Of a DNA stretch of 64,000 nt, positions 37,346 through 46,484 are shown piece by piece; position 1 is the first letter of the stretch, and each line of letters starts with the position of its first letter. Source of the DNA: a virus; the IMG/VR virus record IMGVR_UViG_3300024339_000005. One strand, written 5' to 3'. The notes under the pieces are model-generated. The model was not told the DNA's origin. It did not search any database and saw nothing but the letters and a program-made list of their open reading frames with translations. Both the position numbers and the translations under genes were made by a program.

Positions 37346-39304
37346 ATGGCACTACCTACACTTCAGGAAGCAGGCGATAAAGCGTCGTCTGGTATATCTA
37401 TTGGACTATTAGCAGCCACAATGGCAGCAACAGGCGGTAAGTCTCCTCTTGCAATGGGCGCGGCTGGACTCGCTGGCAAAGGTATAGGCGCCGGTATTGG
37501 TGCATTGACAGGTGGTAGAAAGCCTGGACCAGAAGGAACGACCGAGGCTGTCGATGAATTGGCCGAAAATGTCGAGCAAGTAAATGTAAATGTGACAGAC
37601 CCCAAGAAGGGTATCTTTACCGAGATCAAGGATGTTCTGTTAGACATAGCCGATATCCTTGGTGGAAAAAAGAAAGACGGTGGCTCACCTGCTAAGACAG
37701 GAATGGCTAAATTAGCTGCCCGTGAAAAAGAATTAGAGGCTCAAAGAGCAGCCAAGAGTGGTGTTGAAAAAGCTGGTCCTGGCCCATCCCTTAAAGATCC
37801 AAAATCAATGTTGGGTGCATTAGCCCTCGCAGCCCTTGCATTTGTTCAGGGCTTCATTGGTGGATTTATCAGATCAACAAAAAGTATTCTCAATAGCATA
37901 GCAGCATTTTTCAAGGCTGACGTTCTATGGGCCAAGATGTTACCAATATTCAAAGGCATGAAAGCCAATGTTCTGTTGGCGTTTACCTCTGTCTTAGAAA
38001 GTGTCAAGTTGTGGGGTGCCGGACTGAAAGAAAGTAAATTCGGTATCGCTATTGCTGAATCTCTTACAGCCATCAAAACCAGCGTCAAGACATTTTTCAC
38101 CTCGATATCAACCACAGCAAAAGCATTTGCAACAGGAATGAAAGAGAGTGCTTTCGGGACCGCCATTGCAGAACTTATCACAAGCGCGAAAACCTCAATA
38201 ACAACGGGCATCACCGCTGTGAAGACTGCGTTGGCTGAAAGTGGTATCGGTAAATATTTCATCCAGATTGGTACTGATATCAAATCTCTTGCTGCGCCAC
38301 TTGAAAAACTATTTGCACCACTGAAATCATTCTTTGCTGTTGGTGAAGAATCAAAGGGTCTGACAAGCATACTTGCTAAGATAGTCAAACCATTCAAGAC
38401 CGCTATGGCGTGGGGTAAAACCATCGCCACAGAGGTAGGCGCATGGGCAAAAACATTTTCCAAAGTCACCGCTTGGTTCAAAACTTTCGGCGCTGTTCTT
38501 GGTAAACTTGCATGGCCATTGACCATCGTCATGGGCATATGGGATTCTGTCACTGGATTTATAGACGGTTACGAAAAGGGTGGTGCGTCTGAAGGCATCA
38601 AACAAGGGCTCATCAAACTCCTTCAGGGACTTATTGCTTTACCACTTGACCTGGTGAAATCTCTTGTTTCATGGATCGCTGGCAAAATGGGATTTGAAGA
38701 AGCCGAAAAATCCCTTGATAGTTTCTCTTTCGCTGACCTCATGGATGATATGGTAACCGGATTCTTCCGCTTTGTGGAAGATATGATCTTTGGCATTGTT
38801 GAAATGATAAAGACCTTCGACCCATCTGATTTCATAACGGGCGACAGTTTCCTAGCCAAGAAGTCCAGAGAATTCTTTGGTAAAAATAAGGAAGACAAAG
38901 CACACGACGAAAAGGTATTCGAGGTAGCCAGACAGAGAATTGACGCAAAGCGTGCCAAAGAAGATAAAGCTAAAGGTGTGGTACGGGCTTCAGTAAAAGC
39001 AGCCAAAATCGCTGAAAGTGAAGCAGCAACTTCATCAACCCCAGAAGGTAGTCTTCTACCCAAAATGAGTACGGCAAGTGCCCAGATGGCACCAAATGCC
39101 ACGGCTCAAGGGAAAACGATCAACCAGACTTCTAATGATAATCGTGCAGCCGCATCAAGTGCCGCTGCCAATGTGATTGTCTCCGCACCCGTAAGTTCCA
39201 AGTCTAGCACCGTGGCCGCTCAAACATCGAATTACACAATGACCAACACCACTATTGATTCGGGTGAATCATCAATCGGTAGAGTCAATCATCACAAATG
39301 GTAA
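37346..39304 (+). CDS. Tape-measure-like protein (gp29 position)
   Basis: 652 aa, Ala/Gly-rich amphipathic helices, LGKLAWPLTIVMGIWD...GF motif, low-complexity C-terminus; follows gp26/51. Confidence 0.65.
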   Translation: MALPTLQEAGDKASSGISIGLLAATMAATGGKSPLAMGAAGLAGKGIGAGIGALTGGRKPGPEGTTEAVDELAENVEQVNVNVTDPKKGIFTEIKDVLLDIADILGGKKKDGGSPAKTGMAKLAAREKELEAQRAAKSGVEKAGPGPSLKDPKSMLGALALAALAFVQGFIGGFIRSTKSILNSIAAFFKADVLWAKMLPIFKGMKANVLLAFTSVLESVKLWGAGLKESKFGIAIAESLTAIKTSVKTFFTSISTTAKAFATGMKESAFGTAIAELITSAKTSITTGITAVKTALAESGIGKYFIQIGTDIKSLAAPLEKLFAPLKSFFAVGEESKGLTSILAKIVKPFKTAMAWGKTIATEVGAWAKTFSKVTAWFKTFGAVLGKLAWPLTIVMGIWDSVTGFIDGYEKGGASEGIKQGLIKLLQGLIALPLDLVKSLVSWIAGKMGFEEAEKSLDSFSFADLMDDMVTGFFRFVEDMIFGIVEMIKTFDPSDFITGDSFLAKKSREFFGKNKEDKAHDEKVFEVARQRIDAKRAKEDKAKGVVRASVKAAKIAESEAATSSTPEGSLLPKMSTASAQMAPNATAQGKTINQTSNDNRAAASSAAANVIVSAPVSSKSSTVAAQTSNYTMTNTTIDSGESSIGRVNHHKW

Positions 39305-39305
39305 T

Positions 39306-39334
39306 AAAAAAGGGCACCCCGAAGGGTGCCCCTT
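39306..39334. terminator. Rho-independent terminator between convergent tape-measure and gp32 genes
   Basis: aaaaaaGGGCACCC-cgaa-GGGTGCCC; the U-tract is on the minus strand. Confidence 0.85.
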
Positions 39335-39357
39335 AGTTCGATTGAAAACCCTAACAA

Positions 39358-40278
39358 TCAATCGTCAGCCGCCAAGCCCTTGAAAAAGGACATATCATCA
39401 TCATCGGCACTGGATTCTGCCAGTGAGTCTGCCTCGGCTGTAGGCGCAGACGTTTCTTCTTTCGCCCAAGGGAGATCTTCCTCCTGGGCTTCTTGTGCAG
39501 GAGCCGGTGCAACACCAGCAACATTACCAAGAACCTTATCCATGCGAGTCTTTTGCTCATCAAAGGATTTGTAGTTTTCAGGCGCAACAAATTCTGCGAG
39601 AGAATGTTGGCTGTTGTAGATAGCCTCCAATGCGTCATCGTCTTCACTCAAAGCCGCAGCCTTGGCAAATGTTGACTTGTCGAAATTTCTCCAACCTTCA
39701 ACTTTACGAATCTTCATTTTGAAGTCAGCACCAGTCCACAAGTTAAATGGATCGATGGCTTCCTCGTCGTCAAACTCTGGATACATCATATCATTGAGTT
39801 TGTCAAAAATCTTTTTACCATACTTGTAAAGAAAGACTTTGCCTTCGTTATCGGGATTGCCAGGATCTTTGACCACATAAATGTTACTCATGTAGTTCAT
39901 CTTACGCTTACGGCCGGGGCTACCCTCGGTACCACTTACGATAGACCTGTTGGCGGGAATGTCGCTGTTCCATAGAACACCGTTGGCTTCACAAACCGGG
40001 CAATCTTTGCCGATGGTTGTAAGGCAATTATCAATGAACCAACCGCCTGGTCCTTTGAAACCGTGAGAGAACAATTGTACCCATGGTGCTACTTCGCCCT
40101 CAGACTTAGGCAGGAACCGAATCACTGCGGCACCATTACCTGCTTTATCAACAGTTGGTTGCCACATACGGTCGTCTTTATTTGAGGAGCCTTTTGAATC
40201 GAACTTCTTGGCTTGTTCGATAGTATCCGCAAGAGATTTCTTACGGTTCTTCTTCATTGCTGCAAATGACATTATCAT
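39358..40278 (-). CDS. gp32: Single-stranded DNA-binding protein gp32
   Basis: DDR.W....DKAGNG.AVIRFLP, HGFKGPGGW.I.NC..T.G..CPVCE, YGKKIFDK, GA.FK.KI, acidic C-terminus. Confidence 0.96.
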   Translation of the reverse strand: MIMSFAAMKKNRKKSLADTIEQAKKFDSKGSSNKDDRMWQPTVDKAGNGAAVIRFLPKSEGEVAPWVQLFSHGFKGPGGWFIDNCLTTIGKDCPVCEANGVLWNSDIPANRSIVSGTEGSPGRKRKMNYMSNIYVVKDPGNPDNEGKVFLYKYGKKIFDKLNDMMYPEFDDEEAIDPFNLWTGADFKMKIRKVEGWRNFDKSTFAKAAALSEDDDALEAIYNSQHSLAEFVAPENYKSFDEQKTRMDKVLGNVAGVAPAPAQEAQEEDLPWAKEETSAPTAEADSLAESSADDDDMSFFKGLAADD

Positions 40279-40282
40279 TTCC

Positions 40283-40330
40283 TTTTCGCTGTTTTCGATT
40301 TATACGCTTATTTCGCTTTGGTACGCTTTT
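40283..40330 (-). promoter_or_regulatory. Periodic A-rich leader of gene 32 (candidate autogenous translational operator)
   Basis: Five A(G/T)CG units at 9/9/9/10-nt spacing immediately upstream of the SD. Confidence 0.55.
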
Positions 40331-40340
40331 ACTATTATTG

Positions 40341-40369
40341 ATCATAACATGAATACTTCGTTATGTCAA
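40341..40369 (-). promoter_or_regulatory. Sigma70-type promoter of gene 32
   Basis: TTGACA-17 nt-TATGAT. Confidence 0.75.
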
Positions 40370-40377
40370 CACTTTAT

Positions 40378-40968
40378 TTAGTTGTTTTCTACAAGTATCT
40401 CACGAATTATTTTCATATACTTGGGTTTCTCTACCGATAGAAATGGTCGGTACTTTTCGATGGTCTTTTTGATATCGGGCCAAACGTAGTCATCCATTGA
40501 TTCATCCCAACGGGTCATGAACGAGGCGCAGTGGTCAAGAATAATAAGGGTCTCAAGTGACAGCGAACCTTGTTGATAGGCTTTGAAGGCAAGTGGCTCC
40601 GCACCCTCAAACAACTCGCTATAAACGCCTGTCGATTCAAAAAGGTCTGTCACCTCTTGCTTGAACATATAACCCATCGACTCAATTCGTTTTTGCCATT
40701 GAGTATAGGCTTCTTCAGCCGCAGGACCAACGAGGTCACCAGACCACTTGATGCCAGGGCGAGAACTAAAATTGGCTACCAGGTAATCAATAAGATGATC
40801 ACCATGATTACGAGATAACTTGACATAATTCCATTTGTCCTTTTTCGTCTCAAGGTCACCAGCCTTGGTCTTGCCATGATACTTGAAATAATCATAACTT
40901 GTTGTGAAATGAAGTTTCACCGCTTGAAAGGTAACCAGGGCTTCTTCTGGGCTCATAGAGTTTTCCAT
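40378..40968 (-). CDS. gp59: Helicase loader gp59
   Basis: A.KLHFT..YDYFKY.GK, ANF, Y..W.KR..S..Y.F, SLETL.ILD, KY.PFL. Confidence 0.92.
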   Translation of the reverse strand: MENSMSPEEALVTFQAVKLHFTTSYDYFKYHGKTKAGDLETKKDKWNYVKLSRNHGDHLIDYLVANFSSRPGIKWSGDLVGPAAEEAYTQWQKRIESMGYMFKQEVTDLFESTGVYSELFEGAEPLAFKAYQQGSLSLETLIILDHCASFMTRWDESMDDYVWPDIKKTIEKYRPFLSVEKPKYMKIIREILVENN

Positions 40969-41420
40969 CCTGAATTATAGCCGCGAGAAATAATATTGTG
41001 GTGTTCTGTATCAAACTGATTTGCAAAGTATCCCACAGGCTCGGTACTCGTTTGTAATTGCCAGGCTGCCGCCGCATCATACAAAGCCAATTCAAAATCT
41101 GGTGGAATTTGTGTCGATACTTGTAAATGGGAAATCATCATGTTTTCAGAAATCTTGGGTATGTTGATAACAGTTACCCCGGCATCATGCCCGACCAACA
41201 AATGACCCTTACAGACATTCAGAGAAACATTTTCTGAATCATCCCAATAACCTTCAATAACATGTTGTTGGCGTTCCCAGGGGCCGTCGGCATCCTTTTG
41301 CATCCACGAAATCCATATTTTACCTTCTTCTGTGGCTGCAAGGGAGTCCATAGCGGGGAGTAGCGCAGCGGCAACCGTAGCGCCGAATAGTTTAGCAAAA
41401 CCTCGTCTGGTGATATTCAT
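40953..41420 (-). CDS. Protein with twin-arginine (Tat)-like signal peptide
   Basis: MNITRRGFAKLFGATVAAALLP...SLA. Confidence 0.6.
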   Translation of the reverse strand: MNITRRGFAKLFGATVAAALLPAMDSLAATEEGKIWISWMQKDADGPWERQQHVIEGYWDDSENVSLNVCKGHLLVGHDAGVTVINIPKISENMMISHLQVSTQIPPDFELALYDAAAAWQLQTSTEPVGYFANQFDTEHHNIISRGYNSGWKTL

Positions 41421-41683
41421 TCTTCTACCTTTTCATACACGATTTCATAACCACCTTTGCGGTCAGAAATCCAATCTTCGTAGTGATCAATTTCTTCAAA
41501 CCAATCAGAATATCGAATGATTTCACCGAGGTCGTCATCACTAAGGGCCTGGAATTCCTCCCAAGTGCCCTCAAAGGTTTCGGAGTATTCGCACCCTTGA
41601 TGTTGATTAAAATTTTCTTCGGTGATTTCGTACTTACGTTCGACGTTGACGGTGTGAATCTCTGTTGCTGTAAAAATCATCAA
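41417..41683 (-). CDS. Hypothetical acidic protein
   Basis: Overlap-coupled ORF in the operon. Confidence 0.55.
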   Translation of the reverse strand: MMIFTATEIHTVNVERKYEITEENFNQHQGCEYSETFEGTWEEFQALSDDDLGEIIRYSDWFEEIDHYEDWISDRKGGYEIVYEKVEE

Positions 41684-41889
41684 TCAATTTCCTTGTTCAT
41701 CCATTTTTCTTCGGACACTTTGACACACATCATTTCCCAATTCACGGCTTTGGATTTCATCAGATGGCTTGTGGCGTTGACAGATTTGGCTTGTTGTTCT
41801 TTACATGATTGTTCGGAAATATATCGGCTGTGAATCTCAACGTCCATATTGTAGAAAATGGTTGTGTAAAACAATAATAGTACCCACAT
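41680..41889 (-). CDS. Small secreted/membrane protein
   Basis: MWVLLL...S...C...CV pattern. Confidence 0.5.
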   Translation of the reverse strand: MWVLLLFYTTIFYNMDVEIHSRYISEQSCKEQQAKSVNATSHLMKSKAVNWEMMCVKVSEEKWMNKEID

Positions 41890-41900
41890 TAGTCAATCTC

Positions 41901-42143
41901 CTATATCGGTAGACGTTGTGTCTTCGGTAAATAATTGAGGTCTTCGGCTTCGACCTGGATCAGGGCTTTGATTTTGGTGTTGATAAGTTTAGCCATGGTC
42001 TCGACCTCGGCGCCTTCTTTTGCACAGTAGTCAACGACGGCGTCCATATAGGTACAACCAGTCTTGCTGACCTTCGCTTCAACTATCAACGAGAATTCTT
42101 TGGTTGATAGGATTTTAATTGCCGCTTCTGCTTCAGATTTCAA
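41901..42143 (-). CDS. gp33: Late transcription co-activator gp33
   Basis: FS..VE..V.....YMDAVV.YC......E...KLI...K..I..EA..LNYLP....LPI. Confidence 0.9.
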   Translation of the reverse strand: MKSEAEAAIKILSTKEFSLIVEAKVSKTGCTYMDAVVDYCAKEGAEVETMAKLINTKIKALIQVEAEDLNYLPKTQRLPI

Positions 42144-42486
42144 TTGCGCCTCCTACGGTTTTGCGGATAATGTCTTCTGACAAAGCCGACGGATAATAAA
42201 GTTCAAATGCTTCAACATGCATTTCATTCGATTTGAATAAATGAAATTCTCCAGGTTTTACAGTCGTGAAATCACCGGGTCCCAGGTTGGTTGTGTCTTC
42301 AAGGTCATAATCGTTTTTGAATACAACAATTTGCAACACGCCTTTGACCACATAGAACGCATTCCACTTTTGGGTATGCTTATGCAGGCTGCATTGCATA
42401 TTCGGTTTGATTGTTATTCGGTGAAACTCAATAAGAGGAGTTTCGATAAGGGGTTCGGTCGTTCCCCATACTTTACCATATTTCAT
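42133..42486 (-). CDS. Cupin-domain protein
   Basis: GKVWG.TE, CSLH.H..K...FYV..G.L, L.PGD...V.PG..H.F. Confidence 0.8.
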   Translation of the reverse strand: MKYGKVWGTTEPLIETPLIEFHRITIKPNMQCSLHKHTQKWNAFYVVKGVLQIVVFKNDYDLEDTTNLGPGDFTTVKPGEFHLFKSNEMHVEAFELYYPSALSEDIIRKTVGGAIEI

Positions 42487-42806
42487 TTACGTTTCCTATT
42501 TTTCACATGTTCTTTGATGAAATCAACCGGTATTTCTGGGTTCAGATAAATCAATTCGTTTTCTGAATATTCTTCTGGTCGTTTGATACCATGTTTGTCG
42601 AACTTGTCAAGAGCCCAATCGGTCAAATCATCTTTGGTTTCAAATTTCATTCTTCTACCTCAAGGTTTGGCCACGACATAAAATACCATCTATGTCCTAG
42701 GGCGTCTTCAACAACTTTTCGTAGATTCGGAATATCATCAAGACCATCCACCTCAAACACAATGCTCTTTGGCGAAATGTTTGGTGCTACCGATGGTGTG
42801 AAAATA

Positions 42807-43055
42807 TCAACTCTCATCGGGATACGCTCGACACCGCTTAATCAGCCACTGCCCAAGTTTATGGGCATCACCTTCTTCCATTGAAATGGTGATATCGGTT
42901 CCAATGTGGCTACCGTTTTCGTAACCCATTCTGATTTGAAGATCAGTCTTGGAATTCAAGTCGTCATGCTCAAACGCATCCATAACAAGGTGCAAATCCA
43001 TTTCGCCAATCTTACAGCCTGCTTCACGGTGTAACATTTTCATAATATTCTCCAT
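42807..43055 (-). CDS. Hypothetical protein
   Basis: SD GGAG; directly behind the promoter at 43067-43095. Confidence 0.55.
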   Translation of the reverse strand: MENIMKMLHREAGCKIGEMDLHLVMDAFEHDDLNSKTDLQIRMGYENGSHIGTDITISMEEGDAHKLGQWLIKRCRAYPDES

Positions 43056-43066
43056 CTATAGGTACC

Positions 43067-43095
43067 ATTATACAGCACCTACGTCAATTTGTCAA
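43067..43095 (-). promoter_or_regulatory. Consensus sigma70 promoter
   Basis: TTGACA-17 nt-TATAAT. Confidence 0.75.
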
Positions 43096-43096
43096 T

Positions 43097-43759
43097 CTAT
43101 TTCCTGTAAAAAATGTGGTCGCCAATCGTGGCGACCTCTTTGAAAGTCTTGCTCCAATAAGGGCTGACATAATTCGCATGATACCAAAGGGCCCCATGGG
43201 TTATGTCTTGCTCCGCATTAGCAGCCGTCACAACATCTTTAGCCTTTTCCCAGGCTGTCAGATCTCGTGGCTTGTCGCTCTTTCCGTCACAATAAAAGGA
43301 GAAGTGACATTTGTTTCGTATTGGATTACCCTTCCAGGTTTTTGATTGCTTGACCACGCCGCATACGCGACCAGGAAAGCCACTGTCAAGAACCCGATTC
43401 GCAACAACGTGGTAGACGGCTCTTTGCCCAGTATCGCTCTGATTCTTCGCCTCATGGTATACCGCCAATGCGGCGCACTCAAAGGCTTTTGCGGATAAAT
43501 CCAGGCGTTGGATACGCTCAAGAGTTCCCAATTGTGGCGCAAGAGTGGCATATTGTCTTTCCTTTGCGATATCAGGTATCTGGCTCGTTTTAGATTCCGT
43601 TTTATCTGCCGGATATCCGAGTCGAAATTGTCGATCATAACTAACACTCACTTTCACAGGTTCTGGTTTTTCAAATTCGGCTTTTCCAGCCAAGTCACCC
43701 ATTGTACTCGCATACCAACCAACAGCCACAAACGCAGCCGTAAATGTTATGGATTTCAT
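43097..43759 (-). CDS. Cell-wall hydrolase (SleB / Hydrolase_2)
   Basis: C.A..VYHEA.NQ...GQ.AV..VV.NRV....FP..VCGVV.Q, C.FS.YCDGKSD, GA..YHA.YV.P.W, IG.HIFY. Confidence 0.92.
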   Translation of the reverse strand: MKSITFTAAFVAVGWYASTMGDLAGKAEFEKPEPVKVSVSYDRQFRLGYPADKTESKTSQIPDIAKERQYATLAPQLGTLERIQRLDLSAKAFECAALAVYHEAKNQSDTGQRAVYHVVANRVLDSGFPGRVCGVVKQSKTWKGNPIRNKCHFSFYCDGKSDKPRDLTAWEKAKDVVTAANAEQDITHGALWYHANYVSPYWSKTFKEVATIGDHIFYRK

Positions 43760-43771
43760 GGTGTCTTTCTC

Positions 43772-44082
43772 CTACACGTTGTTGAATGCTTCTAGGACTC
43801 TCTCGTCGCTGATCGGAAAATCTCCGACCAAAGTTCCGCAGTCGAGACAAAATTCAATGTCGATATAATCACCACCGCCGATTTCTTTTAATTCGACAAC
43901 ATAGCCATCATGTTCCAGACTCAGGTTGGGACAGCCAGCGTTGCTCAAGTCATTTGTTTTACCACTGACCCAAAACGACCTCTCGCTCCCGCATGATTTA
44001 CAAACAACTTTTCTTCATCAACCTCTGGCGTTTCAACAACAGCCGTCTGATTCTCTTTGAACGCTTCAAATTCTGGTGTCAT
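43772..44082 (-). pseudogene. Frameshifted Zn-finger-like gene
   Basis: MTPEF...DEE frame joins the -1 frame VVCKSCGSER...DGYV...GGGDYIDIEFCLDCG at an A4 run (44009-44012). Confidence 0.5.
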
Positions 44083-44093
44083 TTTCTCTCTCA

Positions 44094-44279
44094 TCAAATG
44101 TTTTCGTTGATAACTTTCTTGTCCCAAGCACGGCGACGAACATTCACCAGCTTTCGGTTGTCTTGGCATCGGGCCATATCTTTGTAGCCTGTGGGGGAAC
44201 CGTTGGTAAGAAAGCCGGACTGACCGTCTTTATATCCAGTATCCCACTTTGTAACAGCCTTGCGATTTGTTCTTGACAT
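44094..44279 (-). CDS. Small basic hypothetical protein
   Basis: ORF track entry in a run of small early genes. Confidence 0.45.
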   Translation of the reverse strand: MSRTNRKAVTKWDTGYKDGQSGFLTNGSPTGYKDMARCQDNRKLVNVRRRAWDKKVINENI

Positions 44280-44607
44280 TAGTTCAACATCCCCTTGTCT
44301 TTAATATTCTTAGCCTCCGCTTCAGTAAGCACTTGTTCAAGATATTCTGAAATCTTTGTTAAGAATTCCATCCGATCGTCGGGATCTGGCCTCGCAATTT
44401 TCAACAAACGCAATGCTTCAGCCGTTTGTGCGTCTTTTGACATTTTATTTTACCTCGTATGAATCCAGTTCACCGTATTCGCCTGGGTGCAATTCCATTT
44501 CGTCCATGTATTTCAGAGCCTTTTCTTCTGAATCAAAAACACCATCGACCCACGATTCTTCGTATTTCACGCCTCTTTCAACTATCCAAACTTCCATTTT
44601 CTCTCTC

Positions 44608-44847
44608 CTATTCGTAGTGCCATTGTTCGGGGATAACGCCCATCTGGCGTTCTGTAATCACATATTCGTGAAATTCATATTCTGGTTCTTCGGGGTCATT
44701 CAAGTAACCCTCGGCAGAACCATCGTAAGGAACGCCACGAACTTCAAAAACATCAACAGCGGCTTCGGCTTCAACAAGTGAAGCATAAACGGCAATCAAC
44801 ATATCGCCTTCGTACGGTGTGCGACCTAAAACAACATAAACAGACAT
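44608..44847 (-). CDS. Small early hypothetical protein
   Basis: MSVYVV...YEG...IAVYAS..EAE; first gene behind a repeated promoter. Confidence 0.6.
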   Translation of the reverse strand: MSVYVVLGRTPYEGDMLIAVYASLVEAEAAVDVFEVRGVPYDGSAEGYLNDPEEPEYEFHEYVITERQMGVIPEQWHYE

Positions 44848-44870
44848 TTTTCTCTCGCTTTTCTCTCTAA

Positions 44871-44915
44871 TTGATCTTACTATTTGATCATGCACCATTT
44901 TAGACCAAATGTCAA
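44871..44915 (-). promoter_or_regulatory. Repeated early promoter element, copy 1
   Basis: TTGACATTTGGTCtaAAATgGTGCATGATCAAATAGTAAGATCAA. Confidence 0.85.
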
Positions 44916-44952
44916 GTGAAAAGTGCATAAAAAGTCAAAAAAAATGAAATAA

Positions 44953-45272
44953 ATTGGGGGATTCTGTTTCTAGGTTCCCCCGAACCCAATGAGATCACGC
45001 TGCGATAGCGAAAGCCTCAAATGCAAAACGGTTATCGTTTGCGGTTACTTAATTGAGCCAGAACGCCTGCTCATACGACTATCTCCACTCACCTATTCAG
45101 CATCGGTCGATCCTAATTTCACCCCCAGCAAAAAAACACTGTCAACCACCTAGGTGATTTCGTTGGCTATGCCCAGAACTTTCATTCCTATTTAAACAAT
45201 GTTCTTATGGTGGAGGTGCGGGGTACCGCCCCCCGGTATCCGATATACTTTTCAATTCGCTTCATCAATAGC
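44953..45272 (-). ncRNA. ssrA: Two-piece (circularly permuted) tmRNA
   Basis: Acceptor piece ends ...CACCUCCACCA at 45208. Coding piece starts GGGGGUGAAAUUAGGAUCGAC at 45126; the 7-bp acceptor stem has G3.U70. Tag frame 45042-44995 = ANDNRFAFEAFAIAA*. Outer ends are approximate. Confidence 0.93.
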
Positions 45273-45277
45273 AACTT

Positions 45278-45308
45278 TATTTATACATACTCGGTGATAT
45301 GGGGTCAA
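45278..45308 (-). promoter_or_regulatory. Overlapping sigma70 and late promoter for tmRNA
   Basis: TTGACC-17 nt-TATAAA, where the -10 box is also the late motif TATAAATA. Confidence 0.65.
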
Positions 45309-45476
45309 GACATAAACAATCATTCCACCCATAATAAATCCGGCTATGAAGCCGATGTTATATGTCTTTCCATCAGGGCACATATATCTTGACGTTTTCG
45401 ACAATCATAATGCCTGCGTCAGCCCAGCCAGCCGCCATCAAAGCGACCATGAAAACAGCGCCACCCAGTAAATAAT

Positions 45477-45722
45477 TCATACTGTCTCTCCTTCATTGAC
45501 CCAAACACCGATGTTTCCACCGTTAACGCCCTTAGACGCTTTGATTTCATGGACGCCCCATGTACCATCTTCCCAGCGGATATTCGCTTCAGTGACTTTG
45601 CCACGACGAACACCACCATATGTGGTCCAAACGTCGGTGACTTCACCGTAACTCATAGGATGCATTGCACCCCAATTGCCAACGACTTTGGTACCGGGCT
45701 TAAATTCTGTATCGTAATTCAT
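45477..45722 (-). CDS. Small early hypothetical protein
   Basis: GTKVVGNWGAMHP..YGEV; first gene behind a repeated promoter. Confidence 0.6.
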   Translation of the reverse strand: MNYDTEFKPGTKVVGNWGAMHPMSYGEVTDVWTTYGGVRRGKVTEANIRWEDGTWGVHEIKASKGVNGGNIGVWVNEGETV

Positions 45723-45743
45723 AATTTTCTCTCTCTTGGTTTC

Positions 45744-45787
45744 TGATCTTACTATCTGATCATGCACTATTTTTGACCAAATGTCAA
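45744..45787 (-). promoter_or_regulatory. Repeated early promoter element, copy 2
   Basis: Same ~45-bp motif. Confidence 0.85.
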
Positions 45788-45824
45788 CCCCTAAATGACA
45801 TTTTTATGCATTATATATACGATT

Positions 45825-46073
45825 ATGGATAAAATATATCATTTAATAGCAGGCATCGCCCTAGCATTAGTAACGCTAATTGCAACCGGAAGTGTATTCG
45901 CAGCCATGATTGCGACCACAGTGGTTGGACTTGGTAAGGAAATTTACGACTATCAGCATCAGGATAAACACACCCCAGAGGTAGCCGATTTCTTGGCTAC
46001 CGTGGTTGGTGGATTGTTAGTCTGTTTGGTCTACTTGCTTTCTTGGCAATGGTTGTTCGGGCTGTTTCAATAG
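45825..46073 (+). CDS. Small membrane protein (VanZ/YfiM-like DK..H...KE..D motif)
   Basis: MDKIYHLIAG...GLGKEIYD...DFLAT..GG; lone plus-strand gene. Confidence 0.7.
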   Translation: MDKIYHLIAGIALALVTLIATGSVFAAMIATTVVGLGKEIYDYQHQDKHTPEVADFLATVVGGLLVCLVYLLSWQWLFGLFQ

Positions 46074-46484
46074 TTCCATAAAAACCTTGCGTTGATTGCC
46101 TTTGCCACGCTTCAATTTAATATCGGTCTTTATCCCTTTGGCTTTCGCTCGTTTTGCTTCATCCAGTTTCTTGTGCATTTCTTTGGTGTAAGGCAACTCT
46201 AGGTTCTTGGGTTTGAGGGCAACAGCATCATTCGGTAGAACCCATAGGAAAATCGCTGTAGGCTCGTCAACCAAACTATCGACCAATCGGTATTCCCCGA
46301 GGTATTCGCTGGTTGTAGGATCTCCCAATAAATCCTGATAGACAGCATACCCATTGACGGCGAGAGCCATTGTGATTGGTATCATCAATACCATGCGCCA
46401 GGTATTCCCTCTCATCAAGATAATGAGCCAGAACGTCACCGCAATATACATGAATAGGGCTAGAAATAAAAGGAACGCGCTCAT
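46017..46484 (-). CDS. Membrane protein, two N-terminal TMs plus soluble domain (stator-like operon gene 4)
   Basis: Two TM helices, LLG.P, I.LWV, P....LPY....H..L; 4-nt overlap with the upstream gene. Confidence 0.7.
   Translation of the reverse strand: MSAFLLFLALFMYIAVTFWLIILMRGNTWRMVLMIPITMALAVNGYAVYQDLLGDPTTSEYLGEYRLVDSLVDEPTAIFLWVLPNDAVALKPKNLELPYTKEMHKKLDEAKRAKAKGIKTDIKLKRGKGNQRKVFMELLKQPEQPLPRKQVDQTD

Noticed and set aside
1933-39102. Many antisense ORFs of 60-235 aa over structural genes (e.g. 3227..3787, 17834..18328, 37846..38553)
   Set aside because: Shadow frames of codon-biased genes, with no SD or recognisable motifs.
44848-44928. Shared N-terminal 'MHDQIVRS' peptide in ORFs 44608, 45477 and 52694
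   Set aside because: Artefact of translating the repeated promoter; the true starts are downstream after the SD.
45208-45260. tRNA gene
   Set aside because: T-arm and CCA are present but there is no anticodon arm; the acceptor partner lies downstream, so it is the tmRNA acceptor piece.
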